Shown: positions 25,459 through 37,437 of the stretch, one piece after another
How positions within the stretch are numbered: the stretch's first letter is position 1
Layout of the letters: each line of letters starts with the position of its first letter
From: Dirinaria sp. TL-2023a
Lineage: Eukaryota
Reading direction: 5' to 3'
Length of the DNA stretch: 43,578 nucleotides
Assembly (NCBI GenBank): GCA_051941275.1
Contig: JAVEBF010000032.1
Coordinates: 1-43,578, forward strand
Notes under the pieces: model-generated
Database searches by the model: none
Told to the model about the DNA's origin: nothing
Seen by the model: only the letters and a program-made list of their open reading frames with translations
Made by a program: the position numbers and the translations under genes

Positions 25459-26334
25459 CTATAACAAATCCCCGAAGCCTTTCTCAGAATCTTGCTTGAT
25501 CAGATCAATCATGCCCTAAGTCAACGTGGTGCCTCACGTTAGATAGATCGACAAAATCGACAGCTTCCAAATTGGATCGGGTTTCGCACCTGTGGCATGA
25601 CTGGCGATCCGTCACTGTTCACCATGTATCGGAATGGCATCTCCGTGCTCTCGTGTTCATCAATGCGCAATTCGGGGTGGTCAGTATAAGGAATATCCTT
25701 CAGACGCACTTGATCGAACTTCAGCGAGTAGATAGTTAGTTGTTGAAGACCTGGGATTGCAATACCTCTTTGTTGTATAACTGTCCGCGTCACTCGAACC
25801 GCCGTATCTGTTGTCATCTGTATGGGTCCAAGTCGCCTTCCTTGAAAACCTTTCTTGCGCAATTCAGACGTCCGATCTGCGACTAGCTGAGCAAATTGAA
25901 CCCTTGCAATAGTACCCCCGTTTTCCTACCACGAGGCGGATCGTCACCTGCGTCTGCGTCAACTATCAAAAATAGCAGCGACTGCCTCGAGAGTGCTGAG
26001 TACCCAGTATCCCGCCAAAAAGGAAAACGTCGAAAAGTACGGAATCATCAGGACTGAGCTCGTCTGTGGCTGCAGGGTCCAGCAAGCACACGCGATCCTT
26101 CGAGTCTTGGTACAATTCTTCGACGCCTCGGCGTTCTACAGTCACGGCGGTGCTTCTAGTAATCTCCACAGGCACGCTTAGAGCCTCGGAGACTGATGAC
26201 AGGCAGAACGAGGCCCCGGATTCCCGTGACTCTTCTGCGATTGCTAGATACTCGAGTGTCGACCATGGCCCAAGTTCGGGGTCGAGATGCTCGACAACGT
26301 ACGTTTTGCTTTTGGCGGGGTTATGATGCGCCAT
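25459..26334 (-). CDS. SFM1: SPOUT methyltransferase Sfm1-like (DUF431), multi-exon
   Basis: YVVEHLDPELGPWSTLEY, VCLLDPAA..ELSP.D, FLFGGILG|DDPPR|DRTSELRKKGFQGRRLGPIQMTTDTAVRVT, ESTEMPFRY, MPQ|GMIDLIKQD. Confidence 0.88.
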
Positions 26335-27410
26335 CTTTCAGAGATTCATTCTTCGGTCGTTCATCCAATGAGCGAATGCGGACTAAAGACAATGGCTCCC
26401 CGACGGTGGTGTCAGAACCATGCAGATAGCTTAGCTAATACACAGTAGGTAGCTTTCAGCTCGTATCAAATGATCAATGATTAGCACCGATCTCATTGCA
26501 CATGGGGGATGATGATATCTGCAGAAGCGTGCATTGGCATTAGCTTTTCCAATACCTTCAGGAAGGTCGACGAGGTCGATTCTTGCTGGCTCCCTGCATC
26601 GGCTAGGGCGGGTTGAGCGGCCGCCTCGGCCGCTAGACTGCCCCACTTTTTCCGGAAAGGCGCATCCTTTGACCGATCGGATCGGCAGATGGGATTTGAT
26701 TGGCGATGACTGAGCGTGACTAGCCGACTTGGATTGCTGGCGCCAAACAACATTCAGAAGCTCGTCCTACTCTCATACCTTCCTTACCTTCCTTACCTTA
26801 CCTCACTCTGTACTACTGGCCTGCACAACCCACTTCCCCTCTCGTCAAAAGCTAGTCCTGTACTGTACATTAGCAACTCTCGGTACTGTACTGTACTCGT
26901 ACTCTACTCATTATTATCATCCTCATACCAACATCCCCCCCCCTTGGCCTTCATTCTGCTGACGAAACAACCTTGACTCCTCTTCCTGCCCGGACCCTTT
27001 TCACACCACATTCCACCTCCTCAGTGCCTCTCTTGCGACGCCCCCTAGTCAAGCGGGGTGCCTTAACAGTCCGAGTCACAAGACCGTCGGTGGGCATTCT
27101 TCATCGCTCTGCTCTTTATTCAATCTTTCATCCACTGGCCATTGCCCTACAAAGTCTTCAGGCCTCCCATATCCGCAACGCTCGCAACCTGTCCTTCAAA
27201 TTTCCGCTCTGCCGATCAACCCACGGTTCGATCACAGATCCTATAACCAACCAAATACGTCACACCAATCCTCGAAGTGGCCCCTTGCTCCAGACTAGGT
27301 CAATCAAAAGCGGCTCGAGTTTCAAAGGTGTCGAACTCTGTCCTAGCTTTTCCCCAAGCATTTCCCAACCTCAGCAATTGTTTCTACTGCCACTCGGTAG
27401 CCTAGATATC

Positions 27411-27979
27411 ATGAATCCTCTTCAGAAGAACAAAGTTGACATTAGCGTAAATCTACCCTCCATTCGCACCATTAGGGTCCAACGCTTACAATATCTGATA
27501 TCAGTCCCTCACCGAAGAAGAGCAGAAGCTGTTCCGCCTCTATGGCAAGCTTCCTAACAAGAAAGATCTTCTGCAGAACAAATTAAAGGTAGGCACTGAA
27601 ACATCGAAAGCTCCCATGATCAGACACGCATCAGCTGACGAGCGAGCAGGAACGTAAATATTTCGACTCCGGCGACTATGCGCTTTCCAAAGCCGGCAAA
27701 GCACCTGAAGGCGGCGTCACCAACATCGGCTCTCAGCATCCTCTCCCCGAGAATATCCCGCACTTGACCTCGCCCGGTCCCAATAGCACGGCCAATGGCA
27801 ATGGCAACACGAGCGCCGGGCCTATACCTGGCGGCCAGAGCGGTAGTCCCGTAAAGGAGAGCAGCTTCTTGCAACGCTCCGAGAGCATTGACGAAGGTAC
27901 TAGCCCGCAAAAGGATACCAAAGCAGCCAGCAACAGTCCGCCAGCGAAGGAGGGTGTGCCAATCCGATGGCAACACTGA
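27411..27979 (+). CDS. Endosulfine / Igo1-like cAMP-regulated phosphoprotein, 3 exons
   Basis: MNPLQKNKVDIS|SLTEEEQKLFRLYGKLPNKKDLLQNKLK|ERKYFDSGDYALSKAG; FDSGDY is the Greatwall/Rim15 target motif. Confidence 0.9.
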
Positions 27980-28283
27980 GGCCTCCTGGAGAGGCTTGTT
28001 TCGCGCGCAGTACATAGTCTATACTTTTCAGGCGTCAGGTAACGGATAAAGGCTGCGAGGTATGCTATGTCACGAGTCAAACGGAGGGTCTTCTCTGGAG
28101 TCTAGATAAGGTGGAACTGTACAACCCGGTGTCGGGGGGCTTTTGGCGTGCGGACCCCAAGAGTTGTTACGATCAACAGTGGATCAACCAAAAAAACAAA
28201 TCTTTAAAGCCATTGAGGACTCTTGACGACCCTGGTGATTACCCCCACTCCGGCGCTATGCATGATCAAATGCCAGCCTTGGT

Positions 28284-29375
28284 TCAAATCTCCAACGCTT
28301 GCTTCGCCATTGCTAAAGCCCCTCCCTTCGTCTTGTTCCCCCCAATGAAGCCACTGGCATGCACGAACACACCGCCTTCAATGCCGGACACCTTGTCCAG
28401 TTCGTCGTCCCTAACTCCTCTCCACGCCTCCGGCAACGCCTTCCTGCTCTCAAAGCTATCCTTGCTCACGGGTACAGCCTGGATCCGCCATTTACTCCCT
28501 TCGTGTTCCCCTTCCGGGTACAGCACATAAAGGACCTCTTCCTCACTCGAGTTTTCCGCCTCAAACGTATAGAGATGATCCTTCCACGGCATCCCCCGCT
28601 CAAAGACCATGATCCTGCCCCGCGAATCATTCTCTTTCCGCCTCGCATAGCACTCCCTCACCCCTTGTCTCGCCGGCCACCAATGCCGATGATAATACCT
28701 CAGCTTCCTCAAAAAAACCGAGCCCATCAACTCACTCGCCTGCAAAAACCGCGTATCCTCCGCCTCCTGGACTTGTTCAGGGTTCGACAACTCGCGGCGC
28801 TGCTCCTCCTCCTCGTCATCATCCCACGCATTCAAATCAGCGACCAGACTCCCAAGCCCGATCCCGCCATCGTTGAACCGTTTAGTGAGACGCCGCGTCT
28901 CGGCGGGATCGTAGACGGCGATCCCATTATCATGCGCATCCAACGCCTCGATGAACTCTTCATACACCTTCCTCCACAAGATCCCAACCTCGGGACTCGC
29001 CTCCGCCAACCCGGTCTGGCGCGCGATGATCGGTTTGCCGAAATGCAGGAACACCAAGCCCGCGGAACTCAGTTTCGTCGGTCGGGAGGGGAATGTTGTG
29101 TTGAAAGTGCGTTGGTGGTGGTCGTAGCGGTTGGCGGGCGGGTCGTATTCGCCCCCCACGTCCACCACGGTGTGGCATGTGGAGAGCAGGGCGGGATCGC
29201 GGGTGCGGATCAGCGCCGAGGGGGAATATGTGGGCAGCAGCCGCAGGAGGTAGACTGCGAGGGCTTCGTCGGCGTGGAATTGGCCCGAGTGCGTGCCGAT
29301 CAGGGGAGGGGAGGTTTTGATGCGCTTCGAGGTGGGCGAGGCGGACATGATTGTTCGGATGAGGGTGCGGAGCAT
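28284..29375 (-). CDS. MYG1: MYG1 family exonuclease (UPF0160), single exon
   Basis: IGTHSGQFHADEALA, VVDVGGEYD, RYDHHQR, KLSSAGLV, ALDAHDNG, SRKALPEAWRG.RD, FVHASGFIGGNKT. A second Met lies at ~29348. Confidence 0.95.
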   Translation of the reverse strand: MLRTLIRTIMSASPTSKRIKTSPPLIGTHSGQFHADEALAVYLLRLLPTYSPSALIRTRDPALLSTCHTVVDVGGEYDPPANRYDHHQRTFNTTFPSRPTKLSSAGLVFLHFGKPIIARQTGLAEASPEVGILWRKVYEEFIEALDAHDNGIAVYDPAETRRLTKRFNDGGIGLGSLVADLNAWDDDEEEEQRRELSNPEQVQEAEDTRFLQASELMGSVFLRKLRYYHRHWWPARQGVRECYARRKENDSRGRIMVFERGMPWKDHLYTFEAENSSEEEVLYVLYPEGEHEGSKWRIQAVPVSKDSFESRKALPEAWRGVRDDELDKVSGIEGGVFVHASGFIGGNKTKGGALAMAKQALEI

Positions 29376-30712
29376 GGACTGGTGGAGAGAGTGACTTCAA
29401 TACTACTGTGTGGTAAATAAGGTAGTGCATCAATATACAAGGGAGACTTTTTAATCCACTCGTTTATCTAGGGTATCGCCAGGGCCTGCTGCTGTGTACC
29501 CTAACTTAGGGTTATTCAAGGCTCCAGACTTCTTCCCTTTTTCCCTCTACCTTATTCCCACGTTACTGGTAGAGCCATTACACTTCTGAGTAGGGTTTAA
29601 GGCGACCTCGACCGAAAGAAGACTTTTCTGCATTTAAAAATGTCATCAATAAGCGCTGATCGACTGTCAGTGCACGCTTTGAAGAGCAGTCAAAGGATAG
29701 TCAATCATGAATCGACCACTCAGGATCATAGCTGTGTTTATTGAACAGGCAATCAGTGTGAAGTCGATTTTAGATTCTATATTCCAGAAACAGGAGCGAT
29801 TCCAAGCACGAACGGTATGAACGGTCTATACAGGCTTCTGTACAGTCATCTTCTCATAATTAAATGGTTCCACGACTCTTTGAAAGCACTGGCGGGAATT
29901 CGAGTAATAATTGATACATTCATATTCGCTTATCTATCGTTGTCTACTAGAATTATAGCACTTAAGAGCATAAGTAATGCTGTTTCATTGCGTGGCATGA
30001 ATGGGTGCTCGTCTTTAGACCTGCATAAAGCACGAGTGTATTCATTCCCTAATCTCATAATACCGACACAACTTGATGGTTTGACGGTGGCTCTTTGAAG
30101 GTGGACAAGTCCATCTTCATACATTGGTACTTCTTGTCATAGTCGCCGAAGCTTAAAGAATGCTAATTTAGCTAAATGATCAATCTACTAATGGAGGGCA
30201 TGGGACAGCTTTGTTGAGGGCGAGTGGTAATTTCGCCTCACTTTTCTTCAACTATTTGTTGGGCGTAGGTACTTGATTATAAAATTTTAGGAGGCAGAGA
30301 TACGAAATGGCGAGAAAATGAACAAACGATGACTAGAGATGATAATAAAAGACTGCCAGTGAAAGTGGATCTTAAAAACCTAGAGGGAGAGGAGGGAGGA
30401 AGGGAGATTAAGAGAAAGGAATAAGTTTGGGTACCGGTGGAGGTATAGACTTAGTAGAACGCAGGAGGTCTGTGCAGTTATTGGGTATAGGATGTCGTTC
30501 CTACGCCTTAAACGTAGATTGTGCAAACAATCCCACGTGGCCAAAGCCGGTAGACACAGAGTAAGTAGCAAGTGAATTTGGGCCAATAGACCGTCGCCTG
30601 TCCACTGGCGGTTTGTGGAGATGCTGTAGGAGCCTTTTTCAATATCAGACAAGATGCAGCCACTCGAAACTTTGTAACGTGATAGGTGATGCAGGTGGAC
30701 CAGCCGCTGATA

Positions 30713-31965
30713 CTAGGTACCAGCAACTTGATTGAGGACCCCTCCATCAACGGCGATAACCTGTCCATTGACATACATGTTTTTTGCTAAATAGATTACG
30801 GTCTGCGCCATTTCCTCGTCACTGCCGGGTCGCTGGGCCGGTACGTGCCCCTTTTCCTGAACCTTTTCGTGCGGCATCTCTGTCTTGTTGTCTTCTCTGC
30901 TATCTTTCATTGTCATCTCCGAAGGGAAGTATCCAGGCGCTATGCTGTTCACGCGGATCTCAGCCTTCTCAAATTCGGAGCTCATCAATTTGGAGAGGTG
31001 AACAGTGGCTCCTTTGGCAGCGTTGTAAGCAAAATGTCCTTGGGAATTGCGCATGAGACCGGCTGTATCGAAGTCTGGGGTCAGCGTTACTAGAATGGAA
31101 AAACGGAGATGCAATGTAGCTTACACATGCTCGAAATTACAATGACAGAAGGTGATCGGGGAGAGTGTCCATTCTTGAGTGCTGACTGCAAGAGTGGAAG
31201 GAAGGCAACCGTGGTGAAGTACACCGATGAGACGTTGGTGTTCATGACCGAATTCCAGTCTGAAAAAGATTCTGCGTTCCACAGCGACTTTTGTAGTTCA
31301 GGCGCTGAGGCAGAATCCGGAATACCTTTGGGCCCCGAGATGCCGGCATTCGTGACTGATTCGAACGATCAGCTCAGGGATTGTACAGACGACCAAGAAC
31401 TAACTGACTAAGAAGATTAATGAACTTCTCTTTCGAAGAGATGTCCTTGACTAGCTGATCGAGGTCCTCCTTTGAAGTGACATCGCAGGGGCCGACGCTG
31501 AGCGAGCTGTCAACCACATGACCAAGACTCTGACCTAGAATGAATCTCACGGTATGATCCGGCCCCCATCTTCTGGGGTATGGTGCTTTGCAGCATTATC
31601 AAGAACTTCTCTGCGTCGACCAGCGATATAGACCTTGGCCTAAGTACAAATAAGGAAAAGCATCCTAGGTACGTGTGATGCTCGCCACTCACACCGTTGG
31701 CGGCCAGCACTTGTGCTATGCGTTTCAGCAGTCAGCACAATTGATAGCGAACTGATGCCAGCCTTTGCTACCACAATTCAGAAGAATTAAAGCGCCTCAT
31801 GGCCCCATGCATAATTTTACGAACGAGACGAAGCGAACATAGACTTGACTGAAGATCTTACTTACTAGCCATCAGTCCAATTCCCGTTCCTCCACCAGTA
31901 ACCACACAGACAAAGCCTCTCACAGAGAACAGGTCCTGAGCTTTGAGTTGATGCGTAGCGGCCAT
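30713..31965 (-). CDS. Short-chain dehydrogenase/reductase, multi-exon
   Basis: DLFSVRGFVCVVTGGGTGIGLM (TGxxxGIG), AANG|AKVYIAGRR, CDVTSK, NAGISG, YNAAK (YxxxK), IRVNSIAPGYFPSEMT, VNGQVIAVDGG. Confidence 0.9.
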
Positions 31966-33002
31966 GATGGCGGTCCAGGATTTTGACGGTGAGGGTTTTG
32001 AAGTCTTAACCACGTCTCTGAGAGTGAGAAGGCTTCAGGTCGGTCCGATCATGAGACTTACAAGCCCGGTTGGAGATGAAACCAGAAGGGTGTTTATGGC
32101 TACCTACCTTAAAGGTACCCTGAGGTATGGTACCTGTCAAGTAAAGGTTACAGTGCCTTAAGGTGGGTAAGGTAAGATATAAGGTAAGGTATGTACTGTA
32201 GGTAGATTCTCGATAACTGAAAGTGGGGGTTTCTATTGCGAGCGACCCCACTCACTGCTACTGCTACTGCAGGAACATAAAGTACCTTAGGAATGGTCTG
32301 CTTCGTTACGTCACCTTCAATCTTTTCCAACCTTCCATCTTACCTCTCCCACTGGAGTAAGATACACTACCTTCCTAAGCTACCTTTATCTTCCCAGTTT
32401 CCCATTGCGGTAATGGTAAGCAATGAGGGCGTGGTGTGGCTTTAGTGGTTACCATGGTAAAAGGTCTCTTGCGAGACTATTAGAAGATCGACGCTCATAT
32501 TCGCCCATCGCCTCCCTCCCGTGAAACATCTCCGCCCAGCTGGACTGATGGCAAACATCTCGAGTGCGCTGACACGACTTAGGGGAAATGACTGCTCAAC
32601 ATTCCCCCTGTCGCTGGTCGCTTTATGAGGTGCGGTGGACCTAAGACATTGGAGAGAATCCTTACATTAACAAGTAACAATAATATGTACAGGGTGTCTT
32701 CAAGTATAATAACACCGTTCAGATCCTTGGGATGCTTGACAGATAATCAAGCGATCCTATGTGTCAAGCACTTGCGAAGTCTGCCGTAGGCCCTGCACAG
32801 TTCACGGTGACAGTTCCAGCGGTGAACAGGGGCCACGCGAATGCTGGCTCTGGTTTTGCCCGCGCCTGAAGCTCCACGACCGTAAATCGTTCGCTGCGCT
32901 TCTCATTTTCAATGATTCTTGAATCGTTCGGGGTGGCTCCCTAGCACTGTGTTTGCTTGATTCAAAGGTGCCCTTTTGAATGTTTCGAATTGCACAGCTT
33001 CC

Positions 33003-34373
33003 TCAATCAGCTTTCCAATGGCCTGTGAGTCCGCCATCAATATCCTCTTTTCCCAGGCATAGCTCCAGCGCGTACATAGCCATGAAACCGGCAACGTTGA
33101 TCCATCTCCAGAAATTTCCACCGGCATCACCGCCTTGACTTGTCCACCACTCCGCTGGACCGCCGTCACCACCGCTCGATGCGAAATGCTGCATCAGGAG
33201 GCTGGTGTAGACAGCAATCAAAATGCTTGGGCTGAACCAGCTGAGGAGTCCAAGAATTTGGCCAGCACCGTCCGAGTCCTCAAGGGATGCTTCTTGAGAC
33301 AATGCCCGAGCTCCCGATTCGCGAACGGCGGGAATGATACGGGTTGAGGCGTACAAGACGAATAAGCGATAAGAAAGCGATATGATAACGGAGGGGGTTA
33401 TGGTAGAAAGTGCAGCAGTTACAAAGTTGAAGGCCGCGTGAATCGTTGATGGCAGGACGGAAAGCGCGTGCATTAGAGTGGTATAAGAGGCCATGATAAT
33501 GGGGGGAAAAGGTGGGAAATCGGCAGGTTGAGGAGGAGGTGGTGGTGACTCCAGAGGATGGGAAGGTTGGTAATCCGTGAAGATTTGGTAGATGCAAAGG
33601 ACGATGTAGGCGAAAAGTAGGGAACTTTCGACCGGGTTCCCTTTGCCACTGCCAATCCCCAAAGCACCGAGGAAGATGGCACAAGTGATAGTGATCCCAA
33701 TCAATGTGGCGTCGACGTTGCTGATTTCCGGGAAATTTGCGATACGCCAGAGGAAATAGACCGAGCTTGAAATGATCGAAGCGGACATTACGAGCAATCC
33801 AATCTGTAAAATTGTTTAGCACTCATGCAGTTACCATGCTCAGTATCTTACCATCCAGGTGTCGGTCCTGCCTCCCCTGTTTACGAGCCATCTTGTGATC
33901 TGACCTGCGGCCTGGATGACTAACAGGCTACAAAAGCCTTCAACGAGCTGGAAAACGGGCGTAGACCATCTAAGCAGCTTGTCCCAGCTTCCCACTGTTG
34001 CGGTCTCAACCAGTCCATTGGGCCCGAAAACCCACTGTCCGACTGAAACGTCCTGCGCCCTTTTTCCACTGAATGTTCGCTCAACCCAGCTTGTATCGTT
34101 CTCCGTGTCAATCGAGAATCGGTTCAAGGACCAGATGAGTAATGTAGGAAGCCATATCCATTGCGTCCATCCGATGAGCTGAATCAAAATCCACCAGACC
34201 CGAGACTTAGATGGCGTTGACAAGCGGATGACGGAATAGATGAAGTATACCGAGGCTAGAGACAGTGAAAAAGCCAATCCACAAGCTCGTCCTCCGACAT
34301 CGAAAGCCAAGGGTATCGAGAGGATGATGGAGGCCAAGAAGACCACAGATGACCCGACTCTCAAGATCCACAT
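33003..34373 (-). CDS. ICE2: ICE2 family ER membrane protein; intron 33804-33851
   Basis: LSIPLAFDVGGR.CGLAFSL, STPVFQLVEGFCSLLVIQAAGQ, GIGSGKGNPVESSLLFAY, FSPSILIAVYTSLLMQH; multiple hydrophobic segments. Confidence 0.9.
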
Positions 34374-35773
34374 CGGCGCAGAGGCCGGGCACGCGTAAAA
34401 GCGCGCTCAGCCGAGAATCTTTGTGCTCGGCTTAATGGTGAAATGAGAGGGTTGAAAAAAGGATCTCTGGTCTTCTCAGGGAGTCACGAGCGTGCTATCG
34501 CGATGATTTTCCCGACTTGACTGAGCAAAGGGGAATCGCAACGTTGGTCATTTGCACCAGCGTTACAGATTCTTGATGGCTGCAGTGGGCTTTTCTAGCA
34601 AGTCCCTTGTCGTAAATTTTCCGTGTCGCGTGGAAACCTATGCCTGGAGCATTTTCAAGGCAAGGCTATCGATTGGACACTAAGGTACCTCAGAACTGTG
34701 TGCTAGCAAGCAGGTTCTCAAGTGTTTAGTTGCCGGTGGATGATGCAATAAGAGCAGGCGCGCAATCCCGGAAGGCAAACTAACCTGTGCCTGTTGAGAT
34801 ATGGATCGCACTTACCTCGCAATGACATTAAGATAAATTCAGATGTTACTTGGTACCGCCCTCTATCGCTCTGAGCATCGAGTATCTCATCATTATCCCA
34901 CCACGACGTGGAGCTGTACCTTGCCTACAGTAATGTACTTTACTGTAATTTCGAGTTCTTGGCGATTATCACATGCAAATTCATATTTAGTCAGGGTTAC
35001 TCTAGGACTATTGAACGGATGAGCTAAGGTAAGATACTTTAATGAGAATAAACTGATTTTCCTTCAATGTTCGCATCACGTCCTCAACATACCCATGCTG
35101 TAGAGCTTGCACCATCTCCGAAAGCAGATTCCTGAGTTGACGAAGAGGAATCCCAATTGCCTAATCTAATCCCCAACCGCTGTTTCACAAGGAGCAGATT
35201 GGGGTTCGCTTTCTGGGCATACATATGAGCGAGCGGATTTATACTCAAGCAGAGATCCTTGTTGAAGATGAACCAAACTTACCAACCAGTGAATGATTTA
35301 TAGTCGGTCGAACTTGATGACGATGATAAATACATATTGAAATGCTAGATATCAATTGTGATGTCGAAGAAAAATTAATTCGTCGCAGGCGTTTAGAGAA
35401 CCACACTAATCATCATGTATTCGCTCCGAAGTCTTTATTTACCCGGTGCCAGATCTATTTCGCAAACCTTTGTCCGAGTAGGTATTGCTGGACAGCAGTA
35501 ACGGACGCACAGACTTTATTCAGGACGCGCTTTTCTCGATTGCTCTTCCACTGTAGTGCTTCTTATGTCAGACCGCTTTGACTGTGTCAAAGATGTAGGG
35601 ATCATCATTCAGTTTTCCGTTATTCACGAAACCCTCGTCCGAACTCAGTCGAGTACCCCCCTAGACAATTGCAGCTAAAGAGGAAGCTCTGTGGTATACA
35701 TGCATACATGTATAAAGGCAGAAATTGAATGTACCATCCTTAGTCACATTCTGCGGTATCTTCGACTTGGGTT

Positions 35774-36403
35774 CTAATGTGTAATGTCTTCTATGCCCCG
35801 ATCGACTTTTTGAGCTCGACCATGGCCTATCTCGTCTGACATAGATGTGCTTGGCTTAGACTCTGCAATGGCCTTTTCTATGATCTTTTCTATGACCTTA
35901 ACCTTGCCTTCGGCCCTCTTGAGCCGGTCGTCAAAGTCAGATACAGCCTCCTCATCGTTGCCCGTAGAAAGGCTGCTTGGCTCAACCAGAGCATACAATG
36001 TGCGAATATGCTTCGCTAAGCGCTCCGCCTTGGGCAAATTGGGTAGCGAATCTGAAGCTACTCCACGTACTTCACTTTGCTGATGAGATTGATCTCCTTT
36101 GGATCCTTTTGCTTGTTGACGCGCCATTGTGTTGTTGTCTTGGGATGAAGCATGGGTCTGCCCGTATCTTTCTTTCAAGGGCAACCTATTGGCCCAAATG
36201 TTTACTTGTCCATGCATCTTACCACTCGAGACATATTTATCGAAACCTTTTTCAAGCCCGAAGAAACGGCCCTCAATGAGCCCTGCGCGACAACCGTCTT
36301 CGACGCCCAGATGGTACCCTTCTTTGTAAAATTGATTCTCAAGACTTAGCAAGTCGCCAAACACGTCATCATCCATCGTCGAAAGGTAAGATGCTGGACT
36401 CAT
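35774..36403 (-). CDS. LTO1: Lto1/ORAOV1-like Yae1_N (deca-GX3) domain protein
   Basis: DDVFGDLLSLENQFYKEGYHLGVEDGCRAGLIEGRFFGLEKGFDKY with GX3 spacing. The start may be the second Met. Confidence 0.8.
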   Translation of the reverse strand: MSPASYLSTMDDDVFGDLLSLENQFYKEGYHLGVEDGCRAGLIEGRFFGLEKGFDKYVSSGKMHGQVNIWANRLPLKERYGQTHASSQDNNTMARQQAKGSKGDQSHQQSEVRGVASDSLPNLPKAERLAKHIRTLYALVEPSSLSTGNDEEAVSDFDDRLKRAEGKVKVIEKIIEKAIAESKPSTSMSDEIGHGRAQKVDRGIEDITH

Positions 36404-37412
36404 GGAGCTATGTGATGGATTGAGCGCTGATGGATCATAATCTCTTAGTCTGGATCGTTTGTTGGCAGATATTGCTTTGCATGCCTTGAATCTTTAGATG
36501 ATCAACGGAATGAAACCTTACTTGATACGCACGATTTCCTGATGTTGCTTGTGCGGCATCCGTCCGTAACACGGAGGTCTACGGCATGAGTTCTGGCTCG
36601 AGGGAGGTAGCGTCGTGTACGCCAAGACTAGTCGTCCGAGTGACTACAGGTGGGCTTTGAAGAGCGTAGCTACACCCTAGGTCGCGAGTTGGCGAGTGCG
36701 GGTGACAAAATTGGGTGGTCCCGCGGTCAACTTCCAGTTGATCCCACCAGTGTGACACTGCCCACACTAGCTAGGACTTACGGCGTGGACTCTGTAGATG
36801 TCTATAATTCTGATTTTATAGGACTTATATTGTGCACTGCACACAGAGTATTTATGAAAAAGAGTGTCTCCAAGATACGCTTGTGAAGGTGCCAGCCAAA
36901 TGGCGTAACAAATGTACTTGGAACGATAATCAAGCTTCAATATCCTACCTCCCAAAATTTGAGAGGCAAAATACCTAGAACAATATTCTCACCTTGAGGC
37001 AGCTCGACAGGTACCTGCGCTAAGGTAAGGTAGGGGTACCTTACCTACCTTAGCTTGGTGCGAATTCTTTACCGAGGGTTAGGGCTGCTAGTCCCGATCG
37101 GGTAAAAACAGCTCCACCACTGCTAAAGTCTCTGCACACTGAGATACTGTTAGCAAGGTACTGTAGTTTCTCAACAACTTGTTGTTTGATGCTTTGGTAT
37201 TAGCTTAGTTTATTAAGCAGTTTTTCATAGTCAGATTCTTCAGGAGATAAGTAATTTACATGCCATTGATCTTCATAGCTAGGTGTAGATGGTAAGGATG
37301 ATGTATGCGCTTCTCCATGTGTTTGCTTAGCTCTATAATCCATTGATAGTCACAATTATTTCGCCGATTTGGCGAGCAAGAATATATTCTTGGTGTATGT
37401 ACAAAAATTACC

Positions 37413-37421
37413 AAAAAAAAA
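37413..37421 (-). terminator. RNA polymerase III T-run terminator (T9) downstream of tRNA-Pro
   Basis: Nine A on the + strand, 16 nt past the tRNA 3' end. Confidence 0.8.
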
Positions 37422-37437
37422 GGCATTTGCATCCTTC

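Noticed and set aside
28359..29420. 353-aa + strand ORF and other long antisense ORFs (e.g. 20303-20941, 6917-7672, 22633-23238)
   Set aside because: These are shadow ORFs opposite well-supported genes (MYG1, RAE1, GUK1, KEX1), with no recognisable motifs.
29499..29515. Telomere-like CCCTAA/TTAGGG words (also ~37075-37084)
   Set aside because: Only one or two units, insufficient for an interstitial telomere or telomerase RNA template call.
32427..32460. A-box-like GTGGCTTTAGTGGTTA
   Set aside because: No B-box or cloverleaf found downstream, so not a tRNA.
35060..35600. Acidic coding-like fragments between ICE2 and LTO1 (also 11900-12500 and 29640-30130)
   Set aside because: Multiple stops and no recognisable family; cannot be supported even as pseudogenes.
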